From Piedraia hortae CBS 480.64 (lineage: Eukaryota): 64,000 bases of DNA. Where the stretch lies: positions 1-64,000 of the forward strand of contig MU006017.1 in assembly GCA_010093745.1 (NCBI GenBank), in the 5' to 3' direction. Below, piece by piece: positions 24,642 to 37,889 of the stretch; the stretch's first letter is position 1, and every line of letters begins with the position of its first letter. The notes under the pieces are model-generated. The model had not been told where the DNA came from and did not search any database. It was given only the letters and a program-made list of their open reading frames with translations. Made by a program: the position numbers and the translations under genes.

Positions 24642-27600
24642 TGCAGTCGAGAGAAGGAATGGTCCAAGAATGGAGAACTGCGGATCCCGTCCGTCTTAAG
24701 CCATCAATTGATAGAAATGACATTGGGAACCTGTAGTTTGGCGGTGCGGGCCGCGGTCGCAGAAGCGCATGATGCCCATCAGCCTCGTTGCCCACTACGG
24801 CACATGCCGTTTTTCTCCGACAAGGATATTTTCTGGTCATCCGAGATGCGTGGAGAGCATAACGGTAGGGGAGGAACGCGCGCGTATAGTGCTTCCAAAC
24901 ATACCCCACCAAAAGCCTTTGGCGTTTTGTCTGAGGTATGTCTTCCTGAAACCGCGGACCGTTGCGACTGCAGTGTGTCAAAACTCTTGAGTGGCGCAGG
25001 TAAGCTGTCAAGATACGAGCTGTCAACGGTAAGGCACTCCTCTCGCGAGTTTCACTGAAGACGATCGCCTTCAACATTATGTAACTGTTGGCTGGCGAAC
25101 AGGTAAACAGGAGCTCCGGGTTTACGGGACACACGTCGCGAGTTTCAGCCTGGTTGGTTACAAACCTTGTCTCTCGGCACATCAGCGCCACGCACACGTG
25201 GCCGGAAAGTGGTTGTAAAGGATTAACACTCACAAGCCACTCAAATTTAAGACTTGTACCGGATGTGGTTATCTTGATGCATTAACTGCTTGGCAGGCTT
25301 ATGAACTCGCATATCTGTACCGATTTTCGAGTGTTTCCAACAGATCAGAGATCACCGAGGCGAAACTCTGTTACTAAACGCTATACCCCTTTCGGTTAAG
25401 ATTACGCGTCATTGCCCGCATTCGAAGGTCTGGAACTCCCGGCTGTTTGCGGATGAGCGGCTAAGATACATGATACATTGCGCGGGCAGCCAGGCGCCAA
25501 GGGGTCGATCGTCTTCTCGGTTGCGCCGTCAAGAACAAGATTTGTGATGCCCACTGCCAAGAGCATCACCCCTGACTCACTCCTTGAACTGGCAAAGGTT
25601 CTCTTGACACAACTCTGCGGAGGACAAGGCGCATGATGAGCGCGTTTTAGGGAGGTTTTTAGTTGCAGGTCAACAATAGCACTTCTCAACCAACTTTAAG
25701 GCCACATGGCAGTGGCCATTGAAAATGACTAGCAACGTGTTACAGTAACCATCTCACAATAAACTTACGCATGGGGATTACGTGGTGACAAACTCTCGAA
25801 ATTTCACGAAGGCAATGCCGGCTTGAGGTCAAAATTACTATTGAGGCCGCCAGTCGGATGGTAATTATCACTGCGAATAATGGCCAACCTTGCTCTGAAT
25901 GAGACATTGCCGAGACGCCTCACAGGTGCGGACGCCTATACAAGTCCATGAGAAAGATAGAAAGAGCGTCTCCAGCTAGATATCTGCCTTACCTAAGTGA
26001 ATACGAAGTTGGCCCATTATGACTGATCGTCTGTGAATCAATGTCTCTCACATGTCTTGTCACTTGCAATGGTCATTCCTTCACGTAGCAAGTACATCCT
26101 CTCCGTCCTCCCTAACCTCTTCAAATGCCTCCCCAACACCCACCATGCCTGGCAGCAGCCTCAAACGAGACGAGGAGTCTTTTCCCACCATTATCCCTTT
26201 CAGGAACGTCTGGGCCGTGACCGACTTAGGTGCAAGCGGTGCCCACAGTGCAGGCGGATACTCACGCGAAGAAGTATGGCTTCAACGCGGCTCTGAGATC
26301 GCGGTTCCAGACGAGAGTTGCAAGATTCCCACTTTTGGAGCTCGTTGCAGTCGCACCAACACGAGATTTCGCCAGGAATGCGAAGCTACTGAGGGTTATG
26401 AGAATGCAATGCCTTCGTGTGCGTAGACGATGCTATCTAAGACATCCTAGAATGATGCGGCCCACATCGGAATTGCATTGGCATTTGAGTATGTTGTTGA
26501 GCCTATTCAGGAGATGGGAGTTGTCCCTCCTTTCTCTTGATTCGCCCTGTTTGACTTGCTTCTCTGGCTCACCATATCGATCGGATCGCTGACGAGTTTG
26601 TAGTGACCTTAGAATTCAACGGGAGCACACGATGCCGTGTTTAACGACTTCGAGAAGCCGCAGGGTGCAACTAAGATGAGGACGACAAAGGCGACTGATA
26701 GGACATGGGTGATGGCGTTGATTGGAAATGCGAAGGCGTAGGAAGAAACCTTCCCAGCCCTCACACCCGGCCTTTCTGGACTATGCGCCACTCACTCATC
26801 TGTCTTGAACATCCGCCACACAATCGACAGTACTGCGGCCTCTTCTGTGATGCCGTCTTTTGTAGATTCGATCCCGCATCCCGTTCATGGCCGTTTAGTT
26901 TCATGTTTCTGAACTCGGTTTCAATGTCTTGCATCCTTACTTGACTCTCCGGAAGAGACGAATCTTGTTACATCGGAAGGCAAGTCATTCGGTATCTGAT
27001 GAAGTAAGGTCCTGGACTTAGCCGTTGGAACGGCCTATAGGCTGGCTCCCGTAGCAAGCATACTAGATACTAGCGTGATATGAGAATCACATGTTGCACA
27101 TCAATCTCTATGAAAGAACGTGGAGCAAGGCAAAGCAGCTTTAAGTGCTCGACAGCCGACATGTGCTCATGTCCTTTAGGATGATCAATATGGCAATCCT
27201 TGCTTTAATCATGCATCTGAGCGTCGACTCAAGCAGCTCCGGGCAAGTGCTTTTGCCTGAAATTGTCAGAAAGAGTCCTTCACAGACTGATCAAACCTTG
27301 CGAACCGTTTGAGAACTCAGAGAAGGTCTTGCGTTCAGGATGAATCCGATCAGCCGTGAGTTGCAAATCGTCCAACCCTCCCTTGCGAGGCAAGAAAGGA
27401 GCATTAAGCCATCTATAGACGGCAAACGGCTGCGAAAAAAGCAGCGCTATGATCCTAGGCAGACAAACAGCGCAGGGGGCGTTTGACCTCGCACCCCCTG
27501 CAAGTGACAAACGCATGTCGAGCAAACGCCGCGAGTTGCTGCAATGCGTTTAATAGTAACAATATTTCAGAGCGTTGAAGCCCACACGAGATTCTCAGCA

Positions 27601-27662
27601 TTTACCTTGTTAGCAGCACGCAAAACTTTGTCGATTCAACATCTCTCTTTGGAAGTATTCAA

Positions 27663-30600
27663 ATGTCAACAGGGGGAGGCCGTTGGCCTGGGCCAAGGAA
27701 GGGTTCGGGACACAGTCAGAGCAGATGTCGATTCTATCGTGGTCCTGGAACTTGTGAGTCGAGCTACTGCGTCGAGTTTGACTGGCATTGACCTTATCCC
27801 GGATAGGTAGATTTGGGGATAATTGTAGATTTGCTCATACTCTACCGGTGAGTCGACAGCAAGGAATCAACCAGTCGTACGAGGAAATGCAAGCTAGGGA
27901 TGCCTATCAGTCATGGAGAATTTTACTTAGAAGGATCCCCACACCAAACAACCTCGAGGGCATGCAAAAGCTATGGGATGGTGCTCTAGACATCTGTGAG
28001 TTGTCAAAGCTCAACCAAAAATCGCGGTACTAACACAGGAGTGACAACAGTAAATGGAGAATTTACAGACTCGAAGCATCACTTGCCAAAAGACTTAGAA
28101 AATGGGAAAGACCTCTTCGGTCGAGAATACATTGGAACGCTCATGTCATTGAGGGACCTTCCAGCTGACAACCTCACAGCATTTGTGGACACTGCACGGG
28201 CATTTTTTCTGGTAATGAGCCATACCGCACTGGTAAATTGCTTGTCAGTGGACACATATGTTGGAAGCCTTTACAATTTCATCGCAGGGTCGAATGGCTC
28301 GAGGATCGTGCCTTTCACTCAGTACATCTGCAATATTCTTGTGGCAAACCGTTCTGAAATGCCTTCGGACAAGATAAAAACCACCCTGATTGCAATCATA
28401 CAGACTCTCTCTGTTTTACTGCGTCGTGAGCCTCGGGCAAGATACCATGCGGACTTTTTTACTCTCACTGGGTCTCTGGAGACCCTAGGAGCGCACTTTG
28501 ACGGCGAAGATCCGTTCAATGCTGGAATAATCCTTCGCGGCGTCGACGAATTGCGCGCTGTAGTCGCTCGTGCCCATGGACTTCTGACCGGCGAAACTCT
28601 CATTGGCGATGCAACCCATGTCCTGGAGCCCAGATCATACTACCCTCGTGATGTGCATGCACCTGGAACTCGTCACGATAACGACAAGAAGGATGTTGCT
28701 GCGATTGAGATTTTTCCCACCCATGAGGAGATAATGAGCGAGGAACGGGAGTTCTTACCCTTTGCCGATAGAGATCAACCGCACTTTCTGACAGATAAAG
28801 TGGAACGGTATATTGACACCCAGTTTCGTCTCCTTCGGCATGACATCTTTGGCGATCTGAAGAACACCCTGGGAACCTTGTTGAAGCGTGCTCAAGACGA
28901 TCCAAGACAGCTTACAAGACCCCAGCCCGTGCCTGGAAACGTGCGTCTGAACGCCTACACAAATGCGTTTTTGACATTTCCAGAGCTCGGCCGGAGAGGG
29001 CTGCGATGTAAGTTGGTGTTCGATCAGCCGTTTTCTGGTCGCCAACAGACCAAGGAACAGTTGCGTCGGAAATGGGACGAGTCGAGACGATTGGAAGATG
29101 GCACTTTGCTCTCATTCATGTGGATAAATGACATGACCGTCGACCAACTGTTCCTGGTTGTACTTGACCGAAAGTTGGAGGGCAAAGAGGGGGCTGATCT
29201 GACCTCTAGCAAGGTTGCAGCAACCATCGTAGTACAAGTGCTGGCTGAAAACCAGAGGACCGTTCAAGCTCTTCTTGGGCTAAGCTATCAGAGGACGCGA
29301 GGGACTTTGATTGAATTTCCCCATGTTCTTCCAAGCACCTTTGTTCCAGTGTTGGAAAGCTTGCAAGAGATGAAACGCCAAAGCCGACTTCCATTTTTGG
29401 ATTGGATTCTCCCAGATCATGTGAATGGAAAGGCAAGCACCAAACTCCACGTACCGCCTCCATTGTACGCCCGTCATCCCACATTCTTCTTTTCGCTCGA
29501 CCGCATCCTTCAAGCAGGCAATGAAAACATTCAAATTTCTCCTTCAACTTGCGAAATTAATCATGAGCTTCTTACCATGTTGGAAGCAAAAACAGGCCTT
29601 GACTCAGGCCAATGCCGAGCTTTTATTTCGGCTCTGACGCGCGAATACGCTTTGATTCAAGGGCCTCCCGGTACCGGCAAAACATTTTTGGGGGTGAAGC
29701 TCATGCAAGTTTTGCTGGAGGCTAAGGACCGAGGAAGACTCGGCCCTATCTTTGTCGTGTAAGTATTTTCCTTGCATCCGTACTTTGTGGAATCAAACCC
29801 ACATGAGATCACCTAGGGGAAGGAACTGGGCTGATTTGAATCCATAGGTGTTATACTAACCACGCTCTGGACCAATTCTTGGAGCACCTACTCAAAGCAG
29901 GAATCAAAAAAGTCATCAGACTTGGCGCTCAGAGTCGTTCCGAGATGTTGAAAAACCATAATCTTCGCGAAATTGCTCAGTCAGAGGGTAAAAGCAGGCA
30001 AGAGGGGTGGCAGGTGTATTCTGCGTTTCAAGCATTAGATACGGCGGAGAAGCGCTCAAAAATGATTCTTGGAAGCTTATATGGCACAAGAAAAGGTAGA
30101 GAATGGCGACATTTCAAACATCACCTCAGAGCTCAATACACATCAATCCATGCGCAGTTTAAACTGGTCGACGATGAGGGCTTCGAAGCTGTTGGAGATC
30201 CCTTCGAAATGTGGGCAAAAGGGGGTGCCGAAACCGATGATTCAGATCCAGGCACAGAAAGAGCAGCTGCTACATTGAATCTCAAGAACCTCATTCAGAA
30301 GGCCAATTCAGAAGTAAACTCGCTGTCAAGCCTCGAACGTAAAACGCTAGTGGAACACTGGTCTCAGGAAATCCAGCAATCGGCCATGGAAGAGTTTTAT
30401 GAAGTGCTGAAGGATGCCCAAGTTGCGCGTCAAAATTTGCACAACGTTCACGAGGAGATGAACAGACGAGTCATGCAAAACGCAGACGTGGTTGGCCTCA
30501 CAACAAGTGGCTTGGCACGGAACGTCACTACACTTCAACGTGTTGACGCAAAGGTGGTCATCTGTGAAGAGGCAGGAGAGGTTATGGAGCCCCACATAGT

Positions 30601-33600
30601 TTCTGCTCTCCTGCCAAACGTCGAGCATTTTATCCAGATTGGCGACCACCAACAGTTGCGTCCCCTCATCAGCAACTTCCGGGACCTTTCACTGGAGAGT
30701 ACAACGGGGGTCCTGCATCAGCTGGACAGAAGCCAGTTTGAACGTTTGGCGGTTGGGGAGCCCGGTAGGCTTTCCACGCCAACAGCTCAGTTGAATGTCC
30801 AGAGACGCATGAGACCTGAAATTTCCACATTGATCCGAGAAACAATTTACCCGAGTTTACGGGATCACCCAAGTACATTAGCACTTCGCAGCGTGGTTGG
30901 AATGAGACAAAACGTCTTTTGGCTGACACACGATTACTTGGAAAACGAACAAGAAGCTGATTCCAGAATTAAACAGTCAAAGTCGAATGATTGGGAGGTC
31001 GAGATGGTACACGCGTTGGTGCGGCACATCGTTCGCCAAGGGGAGTATCAAAGTCAAGAGATTGCGGTGCTGACACCGTATACTGGACAGTTGCGAAAGC
31101 TACGGGCTGCAATGCGGGCTGACTTTGAAATCGTGCTAAATGAGCGTGATGAAGAGACTCTGGCCAAGGAAGGGCTCACAGGCGAGGATGCAGACAAAGA
31201 AACAGCAGAAAACAGAAGGAAGCCACTTACCAAGAAACAACTGAGTGATTTGCTACGCATAGCAACCGTTGACAACTTTCAAGGCGAAGAGGCAAAGATT
31301 GTGATTGTCTCTTTGGTCAGAAGCAACAACAATTCTAGGGTCGGCTTCCTCAAAACTACCAACCGAATCAACGTTCTTTTGAGCCGTGCCCAGCATGGTA
31401 TGTACCTCATTGGCAACGCAAAGACATATGGGAACATTCCCATGTGGCAAAATGTCATTGAAATGCTACGAGCTAGTGGTGCTGTTGGCACATCGTTGGG
31501 ACTATGTTGCCCCAGACATCCGGACACCCCAATCGAAGTGAGTCAGGCGGAGCACTTTGCCACATTGAGCCCGGAGGGAGGGTGCCGCGAGGCTTGCATC
31601 GATCGCCTTCCAGATTGCGGACATCGATGCCAGGCAAGGTGTCACTCTGAGGCTATGCATCAGGTTTTTCGATGCGAGCAGCCTTGCCAACGCCGACTTC
31701 CGCGCTGTAACCATCCTTGTCAGAAAGCAACATGCGGCGAGGAATGCGAGCCTTGCATGATCAAACTTAACGGCGTTCTGCTTCCATGCGGACATTTCGT
31801 GGACGATCTACCATGTCATCAGACACAATCACTTGATGCATTTAAATGTAAAGTTGTCGTTCCCAAAAGAGTCCCTAGATGCGGCCACGAGATTGAAGAG
31901 CGATGTTCAGTTGACGTTACGCTGGAGTCTTTCAAGTGCCCAACACCCTGCGATGAGGTATTAGAATGTGGCCATATATGCCCAGGTTCTTGTGGGCGCT
32001 GCAGCTCTAGGGACTTAATGGGCCCATTTGAGACAAACCACCTCCAATGCAACAATATTTGTGGCCGACGTTATGGGACTTGCACTCATACTTGCCGGAA
32101 AAGGTGTCACAGTGGCTCTGACTGTGGGCTTTGCGCGCGGAAGTGCGAGGTATGTTACCTGAAATTGTCGCGAGAGCCATCTAACTTCATACAGGTTGCC
32201 TGTAAGCACTCTCGCTGCACACTCGAATGCCACGAGGCGTGTGCACCGTGCATTGAGAACTGCTCGTGGACCTGTCCGCACAAAGGTGATTGTACATTGC
32301 CTTGCGCGGCACCTTGTAATCGCCTTCCATGCGACGAGCGTTGTGACAAGTTTCTTCCTTGTGGGCACCAGTGTCCTGGACTTTGCGGAGAAGACTGTCT
32401 TCCTCAACATTGTCAAGCTTGTAAGATGAAACTTGATACCGCAGTGGATATGATCGAGTTCAAGGAATACAGGGAGATTGATCTGGACGATACTCCTATA
32501 GTCGCCCTTGCATGTGGACACTTCTTCACTGCTGAAACGCTGGATGGTGAGGATATTTTCCGATGGGTTCAACTTAGCTGACATCGACTTCAGGAGTAAT
32601 TGGCATCGCTGAGGTTTACGACACCGATCCCAAGACAGGCAAGATTTCCGGCTTGAAGAACCTTTCATCGATAATGGCCACCAAAATACCGAAATGCCCC
32701 AACTGTCAGTGCCAGATTCGTCAATATGCTACTCAGCGGTATAACCGCCTGATAAACCGCGCCGTTATTGACGAGATGTCTAAACGTTTCGTTATAACAG
32801 GACAAGGAGAACTGCGAAGCGTGGAAAGCGAATTGATTACAGTATCAGCTCAACTGAAGGAATCGCGCGAAGCAATGGATGAAGTTTTGGTTCAGCACGA
32901 GGCGTGGCATCAAGACGTGAAAGCCTTCGAAAGGCGACACTATCAAGTCAAAGAGCTTCTTAAGAGAGCTGCCAGAATCAAAAGAAGTGCTGCAAAACGC
33001 CATCAACCTGCCCAAAAGCTCCATGAGGCAATAATTGCCGCCACACGCTGCAGTAACGCAACGGAACCTCTCGAAGCGGCGTTATCCAACCTTTCCCTCG
33101 ACAGCGATCCTGTACCCGTGTTGCCCGGCGCACATGCCGACCATCGCATTGTCCTAGGCGCGGCTCTTCTCGAATTGAAAATCACAACTGTGTTACTCGA
33201 AGACAGATTCCTTACGTTCGAGAGGGCCCAAAAGAGATTCAAAGAAACAGAGCAGAAACTCAAACAAGCTAATCTTGGAGAAGATCTCGGCACGAACGTC
33301 AGTAATTTCTTTCGAGACTGCAATGAATTCATTACCGATAGCCAGGAAAAGAAGCTACCAAGACTGTGTGTTGAAGGAACGATCTGCTTTGCGCAGATCG
33401 CATTGCAGTTTGCAAGCCATTCCTCTAGAGCTACGCCAGGAGAGGAACAGCATCGCAAAGTCGCCAACGAATACATTGAGACATCCAAGCATCTTCTTGA
33501 CGGAGCAATAGACCTGTGCATCGAAACAAAATTTCGCGATGCGGATACAATGCTCAATGCAGTGGCGGAGTTGAAAAATTTACTGAACAAGCAAGATAGA

Positions 33601-33885
33601 TATGAGCAAGTCTCAACCGAAGAATTGGAAGCCATTAGAAATGCAATGACCTTCGGCAAAGCGGCCCTCCGCGCGAGCGCTTGGTATACCTGTGTCAATG
33701 GGCATCCGGTATGTCGAACCTTTCTGCTAATCATTGGAAAGTGACGCTTACGATAAATACAGTTCGCAGTCGGCGAATGTGGTATGCCCATGCAACTTGC
33801 AAGATGTCCCGAGTGCGGAGCTAGTGTTGGAGGAACTAATCATAGGCCAGCGGAAGGGGTAGTCGCTTTAGAGAGACTGGGTTAG
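27663..33885 (+). CDS. ZNFX1-like protein: CCCH finger, SF1 Upf1-like helicase, NF-X1 zinc fingers, RING-like module, RZ finger (1959 aa)
   Basis: Exons 27663-27753, 27807-27995, 28051-29758, 29848-32149, 32195-32546, 32594-33708 and 33763-33885. All introns are GT-AG, phases are consistent, and the total is 5880 nt. Motifs CRFYRGPGTCRFGDNCRFAH, GPPGTGKT, VCYTNHALDQFLE, CEEAGE, IGDHQQLRP, QRRMRPEIS, TVDNFQGEE, NRINVLLSRA, repeated LPxCGHxC, WYTCVNGHPFAVGECGMPMQLARCPECGASVGGTNH. Confidence 0.93.
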
Positions 33886-34509
33886 ATAGCCCCACAAATC
33901 TACAGTAACCCAGCACAGTCTGTACTTTCAGAGCACCCAATCCCAATGGCTGTGGTTATCTCGAGTTCCAGCCTTTTGAGATTGTGCATCCTAGCCAAAC
34001 TTAATATAAATCACGTCGCTCGACGAGTCTTTGTCGAAATGAACTAGGATACAAGGCTACATCCTGAAACCTTGACGCGAATTACATGCTCAAGGAGCAC
34101 CGAACACACACATTTTGCCATGCGATAATCTCATCGCGAGGGAGATGCTCATTTTAATTCGTATCCGACTTAACTATTTGCAGCATGGCAAAGAAAAACC
34201 TTAGGCCTAAGAATTAGCAACGATAGAAGTGTCATGTCTATACTCTTCTGCTCTTCACCATCATCTTCGTATTCGAGGAGCCTCGTGTTGTTTCTTCTCA
34301 ATCCAGAATCGGCCCCAGATTCGAACATGGCCCCGTTGTTGTGACTTCTTTCCACCCCACAGTTCTCTGTCCGTTCAATTGAGCGACAATACCTCCAGTA
34401 GAAATTCCTGCGTGTATGGTTCTTGTATACGGATCTCTCTCCTCGTCCTTACTAATTCCTCCAGACACAAAATAATCGATAAAGCCCCAAAACATCGATC
34501 TTGATCTCA

Positions 34510-35440
34510 TCCCCAATGCCTGTATCTTGTCTTACCCAGTTTTTAAGCGCCATAAGCGCACCCTTCGGCCTTTATGCGATTACGCTGCCAGAACACGATG
34601 AGAAGATTCGCTCAGCGGGGGTGCTGTTGACCAAGAAGTTTCTCGCGAACCTTGTAAATTTCGAGAACCCCTCAGAGCCCTACTCCTTCAACCAGAGTCC
34701 GCAACCGATATCAATGACCTAGATGGGGCCTGCCACATTAAAAGCAACGGCGTGTGGCTCGTCGAGTAAATTGGGTGCTTGATCGTCCTCATGCTGAACG
34801 TTCTTCTTGGCATTATACGTACATTCGTAGTACGTATGGCATTTGAAGGGGAGAGAATATTTCCTACACCAGGTACATTCAGAACTGGATAGAGGTTGGG
34901 TGGTTGCTTTAGGTTGTGTACTGTTGCGATTTCATATTTGATTTGGAAACTTCCTCTAAATCCTGTTGAAGACTGCGTAGATACCTCCATCGTGGGGTTC
35001 TTCATCCGGTATGCCGCTGATGCAGCTGTCGTCTAGGAACTATGTCTCCTAGAGGCCCCTGAGCAGCGCTACGACTTCCTTCTGCAATTTTACAGCCTGT
35101 TGAAAGGGTCTAGTGGTGGGTGATGGATCCTTCCAGCTTGTTGTGCATTTACGTCAGACATCCGGTCATTATTCGCCAACTCGGGTGCTGAGCTTGGCTT
35201 TTGCATGTCTCTAACACATCTTGTCTCTCTGAATGTGAGAGTATGGGTGGTGTAGGCTTCATGAAGATGAGCAGGCGGGCCCATCGTTCGGCGTTGCACA
35301 GTTTGCGGTCATCGCTGGCTATTCCGACCACTGCTGTGCGCCAGCCAGCCGGTTTCTGCATAGGCATGCTGTTACCTAGGGGTGTGAAGCCTGGATCAAC
35401 TGTTCTGTGGCTCTATCGATCGCTTCGGGTGTTTGCAACG
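34510..35440 (-). mobile_element. hAT transposase relic, C-terminal half including the dimerisation domain
   Basis: Minus-strand translation LWLKE*GSEGFSKFTRFARNFLVNSTPAERIFSS, shifting to WQRNRIKAE and ALMALKNW. Upstream, KLCNAERWARLLIFMKP and a weak TRWNS-like segment. Contains stops and frameshifts. Confidence 0.7.
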
Positions 35441-35464
35441 ACAAGCTGAATTACGGTCCTGGAA

Positions 35465-35855
35465 ACAGGTATACCATCCCTCTGCCTTAATTACAGTCGC
35501 GATGCGCTCGGGCAGGCTGTCTACGATGGCCAGAATGAATCCCCGTGGGATCATCTTCCACGCCTGCGGATGAACTTCTTCCAAGATTTTGATTTGCTCT
35601 TTCTTGGATGTGATGGAGCTTAGGTCAGGCTTGAGCTCGTACACATTGCTCTTCAGGCGAGGCCAGGCTTGCTCAACCGGAGCCAAATCTGGGCTGCATG
35701 GTGGCCATTCGGAGAGTTGAAACCATGCTCTTCGAAAAAAAGTCTCACTCGGTGCTCAATGTGTATCTTAGCATTGTCTTGTTAAAAGATCTGTCTGTTG
35801 TAGTGAGGAAGTAGCCCTTTCTCAAGCGTCACAATGTACGACTCAAGCGTTTGTT
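35465..35855 (-). mobile_element. Tc1/mariner DD34E transposase relic, C-terminal catalytic part
   Basis: YIVTLEKGLLPHYNRQIF*QDNAKIH...[frameshift]...EWPPCSPDLAPVEQAWPRLK...AIVDSLPERIATVIKAEGWYT. There are 34 residues between D and E once a 1-nt deletion is repaired. Confidence 0.88.
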
Positions 35856-35869
35856 CAAAGCTTCAGGTT

Positions 35870-37850
35870 GCTCTGCAGCCAAATATGGAGCTTTACCCTG
35901 CTCTTAATGTCCTCAATGCCCCAAAGCTCCGTCCAGAGACGAAGCATCTCATAGTACGCCTTATTAAAGATAGCTGTCTATATTCCAACGTCTTGGATCG
36001 TCCATGCATAGAGCAATACCGTCTGTTCAACGGCAACGCACCACCAATGTATGAGTTTTTTCACTGCCACGGTATGCCTCTTGGCTGTAAAGAAAGCAAA
36101 GAGTGTCGCCGGCCATGTCTGGATTATGAAGTGATGAAGCGATAATCCTTTCCAAAGAGGGAGCCGTTGCAGCGAACAATTTCGTTCTTGCTCAGCCAGC
36201 TTTCCAAGCAATTCCTGTTCCTTGCTACGTTACAGAAGGCGATCTCATGTATTCTAGATCTTTGTAAATCGCGGAGTGATCCAGGGTTTTCCTCCAAAGA
36301 TCTCTGATGTAGCCAAGGGCCGCTCCATGAAGGGTTTCAAACGGAGAATCGTGGTGCGGGTTAAACCCCTCCGGATGGTAAATATTTGAAGCAGGAGATT
36401 TGATGCCCAGTCCAGTATTTTCCTGTTCTCTTGTGCGCTCCATAGACCGTAAATCACCCACTTTGGCGACATCCTGCCAGCATTCAATTTCTCTATTGAA
36501 GAGGTGCTCCCGACAACAGCAATCACTTGTATGCTGGTAAGGGGAGATCCGGAAGCAGCAGGAATATCAGCAATACTCATGTGAAGATGTCCAAAGATCA
36601 TCTGCGCGGTCTTACGCCGCGTGTCGAAGGCTCGAACACCACGTTGAAGACGTACCAGGCTCGGCGTGATGCTATCCACCATGATGATACCTTGAGTCTG
36701 CGGCAAAAAAGGGGTGTGAAAAGGCGTTAAGGTCGTCCTATGAGACTCCATTCAGCATGTCTGAGTGAACAGCTTCTAAGAGACGCTTACCTTTTGAGAT
36801 CGGCCAGCAAAGCTGAGAGGCTATCAGCCATCTTGAACCTTAAAGAGGGGCAGGTGTTCTCAAGCCTGCTTTCCAATCGCCTGTTTTCCCTATGACAGAA
36901 TACTTGGCCAACAAAAAGATCTCGTCCGCCATGTGGATCTGACCGTTTGTGTGACGGTGTCTCAACCTTGGGCCGGACATGATGATTGAGCGTTCTAGGA
37001 AGATGATCATGGAACCACAGAGTTCCTTGTGCTCGAGGTATTCTGTTTTTTGGAGACTGGCCAGAGTTTTCGCCTCAAATTATTCCACACGAGGCAAGAG
37101 GGACGGAATAACGCCACGGCCGAAGATGGTGGCTGAGTCGCTGCAGGCGGTCGCATGGGCACTGTCCAGCAATCCTACCACGGTCGCCTGCACTGCGCGG
37201 AGAGCATGCCCACCTCCTCGTGGAGGGGCTGCCAGCTGACGGCTCACGGCAAGGTCATGCTGAGGGAAGAACTTCGCCCACTGAGTAAACTGCATCTACC
37301 CATTGCCTCTAACTCCCGTATTTGGCGACAGCTCTCTCTCGATCTCGCCCAAGCCGGCCATTGCTTGACCCTCAGACGTCTCAGATGTTCCATGGCCGTA
37401 ATTAGACGTCTCGTTATTTGAAATGCCTCGCTTTCTTGAAGGACGGGGATATACATTTGCTATCCTTGCAGAAACCCAAACTCCATAGCCAGGATATCTT
37501 AAAATGTGTTAACGTGGAGAGATAGCTTGGGTGGCTGAAGTGAAAACGTTGTCTCTTGCCACGTGTCTATAGACCAGGGTGGCTGTCGTATCATCTAGCG
37601 TATTTACGGTGATCATGTGGCCCTACCGGCTTTTGACTGTAACGGCCTTGGGCTCTTTCCTCAGGCCAAGGTCCCCTGCATCTGCTCGGCCATCCGACCA
37701 TGGACTGGTCTGCAGCATTTGTTCTGCAACCACGGTAACCAAGCCTAGAGGAGGACAGGCCCAGGAGGCAGCGGGAATCAGTCGGTAAGATCATTCCTTC
37801 ATGGTGTTGAAAGGCCGAGCATAGAGGTCGTGGCTTTCCAGGGTGTTTGT
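35870..37850 (-). mobile_element. Decayed fungal CACTA/Plavaka-like transposase
   Basis: Collinear fragments in several frames: LVRLQRGVRAFD...HMSIADIP, GFNPHHDSPFETLHGAALGYIRDLW, HFIIQTWPATLF...WW...LLYAWTIQD, KSRVKLHIWL. These resemble the DTPVEILH..LLG and KPKxH motifs of fungal CMC-type transposases. The superfamily call is tentative. Confidence 0.6.
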
Positions 37851-37889
37851 CCGAGGAGGAGTTCGAAACTGATGATATGTGCGCGTGAG

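Noticed and set aside
24700..27600. Short ORFs between GH43 and the ZNFX1-like gene, considered as possible partner genes
   Set aside because: No NLR, HET, RdRP, Argonaute or other recognisable domain, and frames are frequently interrupted.
33003..33791. 262-aa minus-strand ORF
   Set aside because: Antisense shadow of the ZNFX1-like exon, with no independent motif.
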